From assembly GCA_965206445.1 (NCBI GenBank), contig CBDBJR010000002.1, positions 2,568,741-2,632,740 on the forward strand: a stretch of 64,000 nucleotides of DNA, in the 5' to 3' direction. Positions 49,156 through 57,877 of this stretch are shown here, one piece after another. The notes below the pieces were generated by a model. That model did no database searches. It was given only the letters and a program-made list of their open reading frames with translations, and was not told the origin of the DNA. How positions within the stretch are numbered: position 1 is the stretch's first letter; each line of letters opens with the position of its first letter. A program made the position numbers and the translations under genes. This DNA is from Candidatus Poriferihabitaceae bacterium (GTDB lineage: Bacteria > Pseudomonadota > Gammaproteobacteria > Arenicellales > Poriferihabitantaceae).

Positions 49156-50670
49156 TTAGTAACGCGAAAAGGCTTTATCAACGCCTTTGGAAATTACATC
49201 CAACACTTCTTTGGGCGATGTATAGTCACCAGCAAAAAAGCGTCCCAGTTCAACCGGGATCACACCGTTTGAAACCTCAGCCCAAGCCGGGTGGTCTGGC
49301 TCCGACCCCATGTAACCCTCTATTGCCTTGCGGGTAACATCGAAGTGTCGCGTCGTTCCTGCACCCGGTTGTGCTTTGGCGAGTATCCGCGGGTCTTCGT
49401 AAGTGCTACGTCGCATCGGACTCGCACCGCCACCCAACAACGAGACGCGAATATTCATATCTGCGGACGATCCCCATTGCGCGAAAACCCAAGCCGCATC
49501 AAGATTTTTCGAGTATCTAGATATAGCTAACGCGCTACCTCCTTGGTGAGCGGTGCCTGGTATCTCCCCATGACCTGCCTCGCTTGCCTTGCGCAACTCA
49601 CGCGAAGGCCTTAGTGGTAATGATGGCTCCAGAAGCCCTGACACTTTTGAGTTTTCTGGATTATCCAGACCCGGAAAAAACTCGCCCCACGAATAAACCT
49701 GTGCAGCCAAACCTTGCGCCATTGAAGTAAACTCGCCATCCCAAGTCCAGTTCAGGACATCAGGTGGCATGTTTTCTTTAAGACGAGTCCAGTATTCCAT
49801 TGCATCAATTCCACGTTGGTCGTTGCCAGAAAACTTGCCATCGGGCGAGAATATGGAACCGCCATGCCCCCATAGCCAATTAGTCCAGTCGCACTCCAGG
49901 CTATAATGACCGCTTTTCATCTGCCCAGTTGTGCCGAATAATTTTCCACCGTATTCAGCTTGAATTGCACGGGCGTTGTCAAGATACTGGGTATAAGTAG
50001 TCGGCGCACTCAGTCCCAATTTATCGTAGATATCCTTGCGATACATCACGATAAAAATCGGAATATCGAAAGGCACTCCGACCATTTTACCGCGAAACAT
50101 GCTGATTCCTTCGGTAAGCGGTGCCAGAAAATCATCAAAATCATAATCTGGCATCGCAAGGTCGGGCTTATTGCGGTAGATCTCGCGTGGATCGACGGTG
50201 TCGTTCGAGAATGAAGCCATCCAACTCTGATCGAGATAGTAAAGATCATAAGATCCAATACCGCCAGCAACGTCTTGGGTCAGTTTTTGCAGCACTTGTT
50301 CAAGCGGCACGATCTCCACCTGAACCTCAATGCCAGTATATTTGGTAAAGTCATTCTTCACCAACGTGGACAAAACCTGGCTCGGTGGCGTGGCTTCAGT
50401 GGCATATTTTATGGTGATATCTTTGCCTTTGAACCCTCGGCCGACGTCTTTCAGCCAGGCCGTAATCTCAGGCGACTGCTCGCCCTCGTTGGCAGCATGC
50501 GCCGCTGATATTGGCGAGAATGAGCGATTCGCTAAACCACCAAAAAGACCGGCACCACCAGCAACAAATCCCAACACAGCGGATTGTCGTAGAAAATCTC
50601 TGCGACTGATTTTACCGCAGACAAGTTTCTCAGTAAGTTTTGCCAAATGTTGCATATTAATCGCTTTCAT
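49156..50670 (-). CDS. ABC sugar-type (family 1) substrate-binding protein with a Tat-like signal
   Basis: ISRRDFLRQSAVLGFVAGGAGL twin-arginine leader. GGAGG lies 4 nt upstream of ATG 50670. Confidence 0.85.
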   Translation of the reverse strand: MKAINMQHLAKLTEKLVCGKISRRDFLRQSAVLGFVAGGAGLFGGLANRSFSPISAAHAANEGEQSPEITAWLKDVGRGFKGKDITIKYATEATPPSQVLSTLVKNDFTKYTGIEVQVEIVPLEQVLQKLTQDVAGGIGSYDLYYLDQSWMASFSNDTVDPREIYRNKPDLAMPDYDFDDFLAPLTEGISMFRGKMVGVPFDIPIFIVMYRKDIYDKLGLSAPTTYTQYLDNARAIQAEYGGKLFGTTGQMKSGHYSLECDWTNWLWGHGGSIFSPDGKFSGNDQRGIDAMEYWTRLKENMPPDVLNWTWDGEFTSMAQGLAAQVYSWGEFFPGLDNPENSKVSGLLEPSLPLRPSRELRKASEAGHGEIPGTAHQGGSALAISRYSKNLDAAWVFAQWGSSADMNIRVSLLGGGASPMRRSTYEDPRILAKAQPGAGTTRHFDVTRKAIEGYMGSEPDHPAWAEVSNGVIPVELGRFFAGDYTSPKEVLDVISKGVDKAFSRY

Positions 50671-50981
50671 AATTACCTCCCCACCCTCTCGGGCATCAAC
50701 ACGCCAGGCACTATTGCCTAACGTAAATCGAGCATAGCATATAGCCGCCACCTTGATAATACCACCTATAAATCCACCTTATGCCGTGTTATAAGTATAT
50801 TTAACAAAAATGGCTAGCCACACCAACCATGCAAGTTTCTGAATGTCCGCCAAATATCGTTATCGAACAGCATAAAACGTACACCATATAGAGTTTAAAA
50901 AGCAATGGAAAACTTAAGTTCTTTGGAAGCAGATTCTGCTCAATGCACCTGTGGATATATTAAATATTATTTGCAGCACTC

Positions 50982-51878
50982 TTACTTTAAAGACCCAAGC
51001 GTCAGCCCTCTAACCAAATGCTTTTGTACCAGCACAATAAATATGAACGATGGCAGAATAGCAGCACAGGTTAGCGCCGCCATGTAACCCCAAGCGGTGC
51101 CAGTTGATGTGACAAAAGTTGATGCTGCAACTGGTACTGTATTCACTTTGGCTTGCGTGAGTGAAAGTATGAATAGAAATTCTGTCCAACTAAAAATAAA
51201 ACACAACACAGCGGTCGCTGCAATGCCACCACGCATAGATGGCACGACCAACTGCATAAAAACAGTCAGGCGTGACGCTCCATCCAACATTGCAGCCTCG
51301 TCAATTTCTTTTGGAATGTCATCGATAAAACTTTTGAGTAGTAGCACTGCCAATGGTAAATTCATCAGCGCGTGAATCAGAATCGCTCCAGTATATGTGT
51401 CGATCAGGCCAAACTCGCGATATAAAAAAAACATCGGAAGGGCTACTGCTACCGGCGGCATCATGCGAGTCGACAAAATCCAAAAAACAAAATGATGCCG
51501 GCCAGAAAAACGCATTCGCGATAGCGCGTACGCAGCCAAAACTGAAATTATGACAGTGACAATTGTGCTTGCAATGCTGATATAAACACTATCCAAAAGA
51601 ACTGGCAAGGCAAAAGTTGAACTGCTTTCGCCCCAATGCACAGCACCGCCTTTTTCAATTGATGTTGAGGATGGCGATATTCCAAGCAACACTACTTTGT
51701 AGGACTTAAAGGTTACATCCGGCACAAATAATTTTGGCGGTTTGTTAAATATGTCCTGATCGACCCGTAACGAGACAGAAACCCACCAGTAAAGTGGAAA
51801 CATAAAAGCCACAACCACAAACCACGCTATTGTGGCGCGCAACAAACGCTGCCAGATTTGCGGCTTAGTGATCACCAT
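50982..51878 (-). CDS. ABC sugar-type permease
   Basis: Polytopic protein with EAA loop EIDEAAMLDGASRLTVFMQLVVP. Confidence 0.88.
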   Translation of the reverse strand: MVITKPQIWQRLLRATIAWFVVVAFMFPLYWWVSVSLRVDQDIFNKPPKLFVPDVTFKSYKVVLLGISPSSTSIEKGGAVHWGESSSTFALPVLLDSVYISIASTIVTVIISVLAAYALSRMRFSGRHHFVFWILSTRMMPPVAVALPMFFLYREFGLIDTYTGAILIHALMNLPLAVLLLKSFIDDIPKEIDEAAMLDGASRLTVFMQLVVPSMRGGIAATAVLCFIFSWTEFLFILSLTQAKVNTVPVAASTFVTSTGTAWGYMAALTCAAILPSFIFIVLVQKHLVRGLTLGSLK

Positions 51879-52750
51879 TTAACCCTGGCCGCCTTAATAA
51901 ATATATTTGCAACCACGATTAAAAAAATCAGGGCGAACAAACTCAGCGTCGCCGCATAACCCCATTTCACGAACGAAAAGCTCTGCTTCCATGTATAAAA
52001 GCTTAAAGTTTGCGTGGCGATACCGGGACCACCAGATGTCATAACAAAAACATAATCAAACATCCGAAACAAATCAATGCCTCGGATAAGAACCGCCACG
52101 GCAATAATCGGTCGTAGCATCGGCAAGGTTAAATGCAATAACACATGGCGGAATCTTGCACCATCAATCATAGCCGCCTCAAATGGCTCTCTCGGCAAGG
52201 CGTGCAATCCAGCCAACATGATCAACACCATAAACGGCGTCCACTGCCAAATATCAGCAAGCATAACGCCGACCAAAGCGGTTTTGGGTGATGTTAAAAG
52301 TGGTGCGCCGGGTGCAATCAATCCCAGCCACTGCAACATCCACGACAGCACTCCAAATTGCGAATCTTCCATTAACAAAAACATCATGCCAACCACCGCC
52401 GGCGGCACCACCAACGGCAAAAGCAGCAGGCTTCTAATAATGCTATAGCCGGCGCTGTCAGTGTTGATTAGTATAGCGATGCCCAAACCAAGCACGAATT
52501 GCACTACTAAGCAAACTACTAAATAAATGATGTTCACACCGAAAGCCCGCCACATTTGCTCGTCTTCAAACATGCCGCGCCAGTTGTCAAACCCGACGAA
52601 AGTGAAACTTCGCCTGAATGAATTAAACTCGTGGAAACTCAGGTAGATGTTGTAGAAAAACGGAAACAACGTGAATACGGCAAGCACACAAACAAGCGGA
52701 GCAAGCCATACCCATGGCCGGTCCAGCGACAAAATGGAAAACCTGCTCAT
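51872..52750 (-). CDS. ABC sugar-type permease
   Basis: Polytopic protein with EAA loop PFEAAMIDGARFRHVLLHLTLP. The track start at 52756 is GTG; ATG 52750 was preferred. Confidence 0.86.
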   Translation of the reverse strand: MSRFSILSLDRPWVWLAPLVCVLAVFTLFPFFYNIYLSFHEFNSFRRSFTFVGFDNWRGMFEDEQMWRAFGVNIIYLVVCLVVQFVLGLGIAILINTDSAGYSIIRSLLLLPLVVPPAVVGMMFLLMEDSQFGVLSWMLQWLGLIAPGAPLLTSPKTALVGVMLADIWQWTPFMVLIMLAGLHALPREPFEAAMIDGARFRHVLLHLTLPMLRPIIAVAVLIRGIDLFRMFDYVFVMTSGGPGIATQTLSFYTWKQSFSFVKWGYAATLSLFALIFLIVVANIFIKAARVKW

Positions 52751-52763
52751 ACCCACTTTGTGC

Positions 52764-53408
52764 TCACGATTTTAATCCGTAGTCACGAAACTTCTCAACA
52801 ACATGCATGATCTCATTATCGGGTAGCAGATTCGGACCTCCGAGTAATTTTGAGAATACATACTGCTGCGCCAGCACTTCAATCTCTTTTGCAAGCCACA
52901 AGGCTTTTGCGATACTAGGGCCGGTGGCTATGACACCGTGATTTGCAAGTAAGCACCCATTCCTCCCATCAAGTGCGGTGAGAGCTTGCTCAGACAAGCC
53001 GGGGGTGCCAAATGTTTTGTAGTCGCTGCAACGAATTGTCGGCCCACCAGCAGCGGCGATCATGTAATGCACCGCAGGGATACTCTCGCCCCGAATAGAT
53101 AGAATTGATGCATACATGGAATGCGTATGCACTATGGCGTTGACATCCTCGCGCTTTCGGGTTATATCAAGGTGAAACCGCCATTCGGTCGACGGAACAC
53201 CATCGCCCTCGCGTCCGCCCTCCCAATCAACAAAAACAATGCTGTCCGGCTTCATCGCCTCATATGGAACAGCCGATGGGGTGACCAAAATCCCACCATC
53301 TACTCTCGCACTCACGTTGCCGGAAGTACCTTGGTTAATTCCCATATCGTTCATTTTAATACAGGTTTCAATAATCTCTCGCCTGATGTCGACGCTGGTT
53401 TTTTTCAT
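52764..53408 (-). CDS. class II (metal-dependent) aldolase/adducin-family protein (FucA/AraD-like)
   Basis: GTSGNVSAR and HTHS motifs. GGAGAA RBS upstream. First gene of the minus-strand operon. Confidence 0.88.
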   Translation of the reverse strand: MKKTSVDIRREIIETCIKMNDMGINQGTSGNVSARVDGGILVTPSAVPYEAMKPDSIVFVDWEGGREGDGVPSTEWRFHLDITRKREDVNAIVHTHSMYASILSIRGESIPAVHYMIAAAGGPTIRCSDYKTFGTPGLSEQALTALDGRNGCLLANHGVIATGPSIAKALWLAKEIEVLAQQYVFSKLLGGPNLLPDNEIMHVVEKFRDYGLKS

Positions 53409-53443
53409 GGATTTTCTCCGATTGAAGTTGCAAGATGGCAGTG

Positions 53444-53520
53444 ATTATAAACCAAACCAATTGTGTGGACACTCCGAAACGAAAATCTCTATTTGATATA
53501 GAAAGTAACCCAGCCCCAGG
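53444..53520 (-). repeat. 16S-tail / spacer-start repeat, copy 1
   Basis: The core AATTGTGTGGACACTCCGAAAC (53459-53480) matches 59550-59571 at 19 of 22 positions in the same orientation. The flanks show weaker, gapped similarity. Confidence 0.65.
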
Positions 53521-53885
53521 CTCCCCCGGAGCTACCGTGTCACGGCTTCACCCCAGCCATGAACCATACCGTAGTAACCGCTCCCTCGAAGGTAAGCCAG
53601 CCACTTCTGGCACAGCCCACTCCCATGGTGTGACGGACGGTGTGTACAAGCCCCGGAAACATATTCACCGCGGCATTCTGACCCACGGTTCCCGGCGATT
53701 TCGACTTCATGGAGCCGAGTTGCAGACACCAATCCGGACTACGACCGGTTTTCCGGGATTGGCTTGCTCTCGCGACCCTCTGTACCGGCCATTGTAGCAG
53801 GTGGGCAGCCCTGCCTATAAGAGCCATGATGACTTGACGCCATTCCCCCCTTCCTCCGGTTTATCACCGGCAGGCTCCTATACTG
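53497..53885 (-). pseudogene. degenerate 3'-domain fragment of a 16S rRNA gene (roughly E. coli positions 1160-1542)
   Basis: The plus strand reads as the reverse complement of a 16S 3' end. Examples: ...CTTCACCCCAGCCATGAACCAT..., CCCACTCCCATGGTGTGACGGACGGTGTGTACAAGCCCCGGAAACATATTCACCGCGGCATTCTGA, GACTTCATGGAGCCGAGTTGCAGACACCAATCCGGACTACGA, CATTGTAGCAGGTG, CCATGATGACTTGACGCCATTCCCCCCTTCCTCCGGTTTATCACCGGCAGGCTCC. There are many substitutions at universally conserved positions. Confidence 0.85.
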
Positions 53886-53997
53886 GATTGAGAGACTTCC
53901 AGCGAATCGAAGCACCCACACAAAACGCATAGATTGATAGCATAAAACTATCATGAGATGATCATATATCGTCAGAAAATATCAGAGCGGGGTGCAT

Positions 53998-54981
53998 TCA
54001 GGAAATTTCGCGCCAGCGGATGCAGGCGACCTGACGATTGTCGCCGGCGTCTTCCAGTAACGGGATTTGTTCGGCGCATTGCAATTTGGCGTGCGGACAG
54101 CGTCCGCGAAAGACGCAACCGGACGGCGGCGAAAGCGGTGACGGCGGTTCGCCGGACAAGGTCGGCGGCTTCCATGCGCGCGCGGCGTTGGCATCCAGGG
54201 GCGGCGCGCTTGCCAGCAGTCCGCGCGTGTAGGGGTGCAGCGGCGCGCGAAACAGGTTATCCGCAGCGCCCGTTTCCATGACCCGCCCCAGATATAAAAC
54301 CATGACCCGCCCGCTTGATGCGCGCACCACCGACAAGTCGTGGCTGATAAACAGCATCCCCAGTTTTTGTTGTGCGCGAATGTCGGTGAGCAAATTCAAA
54401 ATTTGCGCCTGCACCGAAACATCCAGCGCCGACACCGGTTCATCGCACACCAAAAGCCGCGGCGCCAAAATCAGCGCCCGCGCGATGCCGATGCGTTGCG
54501 CTTGCCCACCGGAAAACTCGTGCGGATAGCGCACCGCCGCCGACTGTGGAAGGCCTACTTTGTCCATCAATTCCAGCGCCCGCTCGCGCCGCGCCGCCAC
54601 CGTTAGTTCGGGGGCAAACACGCGCAGCGGTTCCGCCACAATGTCGCATGCGGTCATACGCGGGTTTAACGACGCCAACGGATCTTGAAAAATTATTTGC
54701 ATGATGCGTCGCCGTTTTTGCAGCTCACGCGAAGGCAGGACAGACAAATCCTCGCCGTCCAGCAGTACGCGCCCGCCGGCAGGGCGTATCAAAAACATCA
54801 CCGCACGCGCCAGTGTGGATTTACCACAACCGGATTCGCCCACAATGCCCAGTGTTTCGTCTTTGGCAAGGTCAAAGGAAACCTGTGAAAGCGCGTGCAA
54901 CGACCGTTGCACAAAAAAACCGACGCGCGCCTTATAGGTGACGGTTAGATTTTCCGCCCGTAGTAGCGGATTTGTCATCAT
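53998..54981 (-). CDS. peptide ABC transporter ATP-binding protein (OppF/DppF-like)
   Basis: GESGCGKST, FSGGQAQRIGIARA and a C-terminal Cys-rich oligopeptide-ATPase tail. Confidence 0.9.
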   Translation of the reverse strand: MMTNPLLRAENLTVTYKARVGFFVQRSLHALSQVSFDLAKDETLGIVGESGCGKSTLARAVMFLIRPAGGRVLLDGEDLSVLPSRELQKRRRIMQIIFQDPLASLNPRMTACDIVAEPLRVFAPELTVAARRERALELMDKVGLPQSAAVRYPHEFSGGQAQRIGIARALILAPRLLVCDEPVSALDVSVQAQILNLLTDIRAQQKLGMLFISHDLSVVRASSGRVMVLYLGRVMETGAADNLFRAPLHPYTRGLLASAPPLDANAARAWKPPTLSGEPPSPLSPPSGCVFRGRCPHAKLQCAEQIPLLEDAGDNRQVACIRWREIS

Positions 54982-56015
54982 GCGACGGGAGCAGGCGGCG
55001 AGAGTCGGGTGTCATCCGGGCGGGCGTGAAAGGCCGCGATGGAAATTTCTTCCTCCCGATGGCATGCGGCATAGCGGTTTGTTCCGCGCGGCGACAACTC
55101 CGGACACTCGGTATGGCAACGCGGCATGACAAAGGGACAGCGCGCCGCAAACGGGCAACCGCTCTCTTGCGTCCCGGGTTCCGGCGGGTGTCCGGAAATG
55201 ACCGGCAGGCGCACACCGGGGCGGGCGGTTTCCAGCCGCGGCGTGGATGCCATCAGCCCCGCGGTGTAAGGATGGCGCGGAGTGGAAAGCACTTCGCTGA
55301 CCGGGCCGATTTCCATCGCGCGGCCGGCGTACATGACCAGCATGCGGTCGCATAACCCCGCCACCACCGCCAAATCGTGGGTGATAATCGCTGTTGCCAG
55401 CGAAAATTGTTCGCGCAGTTTTGCCAACAGGGCGATAATCTGCGCCTGCACGGTCGCATCCAAAGCGGTGGTGGGTTCATCGGCGACGAGTAGCGTCGGT
55501 TCGCACAAAAGCGCCATGGCGATGACAGCGCGCTGTCGCAGTCCGCCGGACAATTCGTGCGGATAGGTCGAAAGCCGCTGTGCTGCGTCCGGCACGCCTA
55601 CCAGCTCCAGCATGGCTGCCGCCTTTTTGCGCGCTTCTGCGCGCGTCCACTTCATGCGCCGACGCGGACCTTCGGTCAATTGTGTTACCAGGCGCATGGA
55701 CGGGTTCAGCGCGGTCATCGGGTCTTGAAAAATCATTGCCAGCTCGCCGCCGCGCAACTCGTCGAGCGTACGCCGGTCCATTGCCAGCAGATCGCGACCG
55801 CGATACAGCGCGCTTCCTTCCGCCCGACCGCCGGGCGATAAAAGCCCCAGCAGTGATAAAAACAGCTGCGTTTTTCCGCTTCCGGATTCGCCGACGATCG
55901 CCAACGCCTCGCCGGGAAACAAGTCAAATGACAAATCACGCACTACCGCAATGTCACGCCCGTCGCGCCGGTGGCGGACGGTTACATTGCGCACGGAAAG
56001 CAAGGGCGACGGCAT
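54978..56015 (-). CDS. peptide ABC transporter ATP-binding protein (OppD/DppD-like)
   Basis: GESGSGKTQ and LSGGLRQRAVIAMA motifs. The start is ATG 56015 or ATG 56057; the latter overlaps the permease by 29 nt. Confidence 0.88.
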   Translation of the reverse strand: MPSPLLSVRNVTVRHRRDGRDIAVVRDLSFDLFPGEALAIVGESGSGKTQLFLSLLGLLSPGGRAEGSALYRGRDLLAMDRRTLDELRGGELAMIFQDPMTALNPSMRLVTQLTEGPRRRMKWTRAEARKKAAAMLELVGVPDAAQRLSTYPHELSGGLRQRAVIAMALLCEPTLLVADEPTTALDATVQAQIIALLAKLREQFSLATAIITHDLAVVAGLCDRMLVMYAGRAMEIGPVSEVLSTPRHPYTAGLMASTPRLETARPGVRLPVISGHPPEPGTQESGCPFAARCPFVMPRCHTECPELSPRGTNRYAACHREEEISIAAFHARPDDTRLSPPAPVA

Positions 56016-56028
56016 GCGCGATATGCGA

Positions 56029-56919
56029 TTACGTTTTGTGCTGCGGGTCCAGCGCATCGCGCAACCCGTCGCCGATAAAAATCAGACTCAGCAGGGCGCA
56101 AGACAGCACCGCCCCCGGGAACGCCAGCATCCACGGATAAATCCCCAGTTTGTCCGCACCTTCGCTGATCAGTACGCCCAGCGAAGTGCGCGGCTCCTGT
56201 ACGCCAAACCCCAGATAAGAAAGAAAACTTTCGGTCAGCATGATTTCCGGCACGGTCAACGCGGCATAAATGACCACGGGGCCGACCAGATTGGGGGCGA
56301 TGTGGCGAAAAATAATCGCCGTCGAAGAAAGCCCCGCCGCGCGCGCCGCCTCGACAAACTCTCGCTCGCGCAGACTGAGGGTTTGTCCGCGCACAATGCG
56401 CGCCATCGTGATCCATTCCAACAACCCGATGCCGAGGTACAAAAGAATCTCGTGACGACCAAAAATGACCATCAGCAAAATCACAAAAAGAATGTAGGGC
56501 AGCGCGTAGAGGATATCCACAAAGCGCATCATCGCTTCATCCACTCGGCCACCAAAATATCCCGCCGCCGCACCGTAGGCGACACCGACCGCAACCGAAA
56601 CGGCGGTGGCAATGAGGGCGACTTGCAGGGATACGCGCAGCCCCAGCAAAGTGCGTGCAAACAGACAGCGTCCGTTGACGTCAAAACCGAAAATATGAAA
56701 CCCGCCATCCAACGTCGGGCCGGCCTTGATTTTGTCCCAAAAAATGTCGTCGTACGTGTGCGGCAGCAAAAATGGCACGACAATCGCCGCCAACGCCAGC
56801 GTCAACAACACCCCCGCCGCCGTCATTGCCATCGGCGAATCGGCGAAACGCCGTGCGGCCTGCCGCCAGGGGCCGCGCGCCGCGTCTTCTTTCGTCCGCC
56901 GCCAGCTGCCGAACATCAT
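56029..56919 (-). CDS. peptide ABC permease (OppC/DppC-like)
   Basis: Polytopic protein with EAA loop EFVEAARAAGLSSTAIIFRHIAPN. Confidence 0.88.
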   Translation of the reverse strand: MMFGSWRRTKEDAARGPWRQAARRFADSPMAMTAAGVLLTLALAAIVVPFLLPHTYDDIFWDKIKAGPTLDGGFHIFGFDVNGRCLFARTLLGLRVSLQVALIATAVSVAVGVAYGAAAGYFGGRVDEAMMRFVDILYALPYILFVILLMVIFGRHEILLYLGIGLLEWITMARIVRGQTLSLREREFVEAARAAGLSSTAIIFRHIAPNLVGPVVIYAALTVPEIMLTESFLSYLGFGVQEPRTSLGVLISEGADKLGIYPWMLAFPGAVLSCALLSLIFIGDGLRDALDPQHKT

Positions 56920-57839
56920 CGGTGACGGACGCGCGGGTCGAGCAGCGCATACAGCATATCAACTACCAGATTGAGCGCGAGAATGAGAAACAGATAAAAC
57001 ACCACGGTGCCAAGCACCATGCCGTAGTCCCGGCTGAGCGCCGCATCAATAAAAAATTTCCCCACGCCCGGCAGTCCGAAGATGTTTTCCACCACAATGG
57101 AGCCGGTGAGCAAATAGCCGGCAGCCGGTCCGAGATAGGACACTACCGGCGACAGTGCCGGACGCACCGCATGGCGGAAAATCACCGCGCCTTCACCCAG
57201 CCCTTTTGCCCGAGCGACCCGCACAAAATTTACGTTCATCACTTCCAGTAGCGCACCGCGCATCAGTCGCGACACGCGCGCCGCATGCGGCAATGACAGC
57301 ACAATCACCGGTAGCATCAGATATGCCCAGCCGCCGTCCCCCCAACCGCCAATTTTCAGCCAGTCAACGTGTTTGCCGACATACTCCTGCAACAGCGGAC
57401 CGACGAGGAAATTCGGTATGACCAAACCGGCGAGAACAAAAACGGTGACACCGGTTTCCAACGGTCTCCCGGGGCGCAAGGCGGAGTAAATTCCACAAAG
57501 AATCCCAATCAGCGTACCGCCCAAAAGCGCCCACCCGCCCAGCTCCAATGTGTAGGGCAGCCCCTTGCTGATTTTTTCGTTGACCGTGTAGGTGTAATCG
57601 GTAAACGAAGGCCCCAGGTCTCCGCGCACCAGTCTGCCGAGATACAGGACGTATTGCTCTAACAATGGGCGGTCCAGGTGATAGTGCTGCTCCAGATTTT
57701 CACGGATTTGTCTGGGCAGCGGGCGTTCTTCATCAAACGGCCCACCGGGCGCCAGGCGCAACATAAAAAAGCAGGCACTCACGGCGATGAACGCCACCGG
57801 CAGGGCGGTCATCAACCGCCGCAAAGCGTAGCGCAACAT
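56916..57839 (-). CDS. peptide ABC permease (OppB/DppB-like)
   Basis: MLRYALRRLMTALPVAFIAVSACFFMLRLAPGGPFDEE is a canonical OppB/DppB N-terminus. Confidence 0.9.
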   Translation of the reverse strand: MLRYALRRLMTALPVAFIAVSACFFMLRLAPGGPFDEERPLPRQIRENLEQHYHLDRPLLEQYVLYLGRLVRGDLGPSFTDYTYTVNEKISKGLPYTLELGGWALLGGTLIGILCGIYSALRPGRPLETGVTVFVLAGLVIPNFLVGPLLQEYVGKHVDWLKIGGWGDGGWAYLMLPVIVLSLPHAARVSRLMRGALLEVMNVNFVRVARAKGLGEGAVIFRHAVRPALSPVVSYLGPAAGYLLTGSIVVENIFGLPGVGKFFIDAALSRDYGMVLGTVVFYLFLILALNLVVDMLYALLDPRVRHR

Positions 57840-57877
57840 CGCCTGCTTCCCTTACGTCCGTGATAACGGGGCGAGTG

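Noticed and set aside
53435-53827. Several 60-120-aa ORFs on both strands (for example 53435-53797 plus strand, 53540-53827 minus strand)
   Set aside because: They lie entirely within the 16S rRNA-derived sequence. They are chance ORFs in rDNA.
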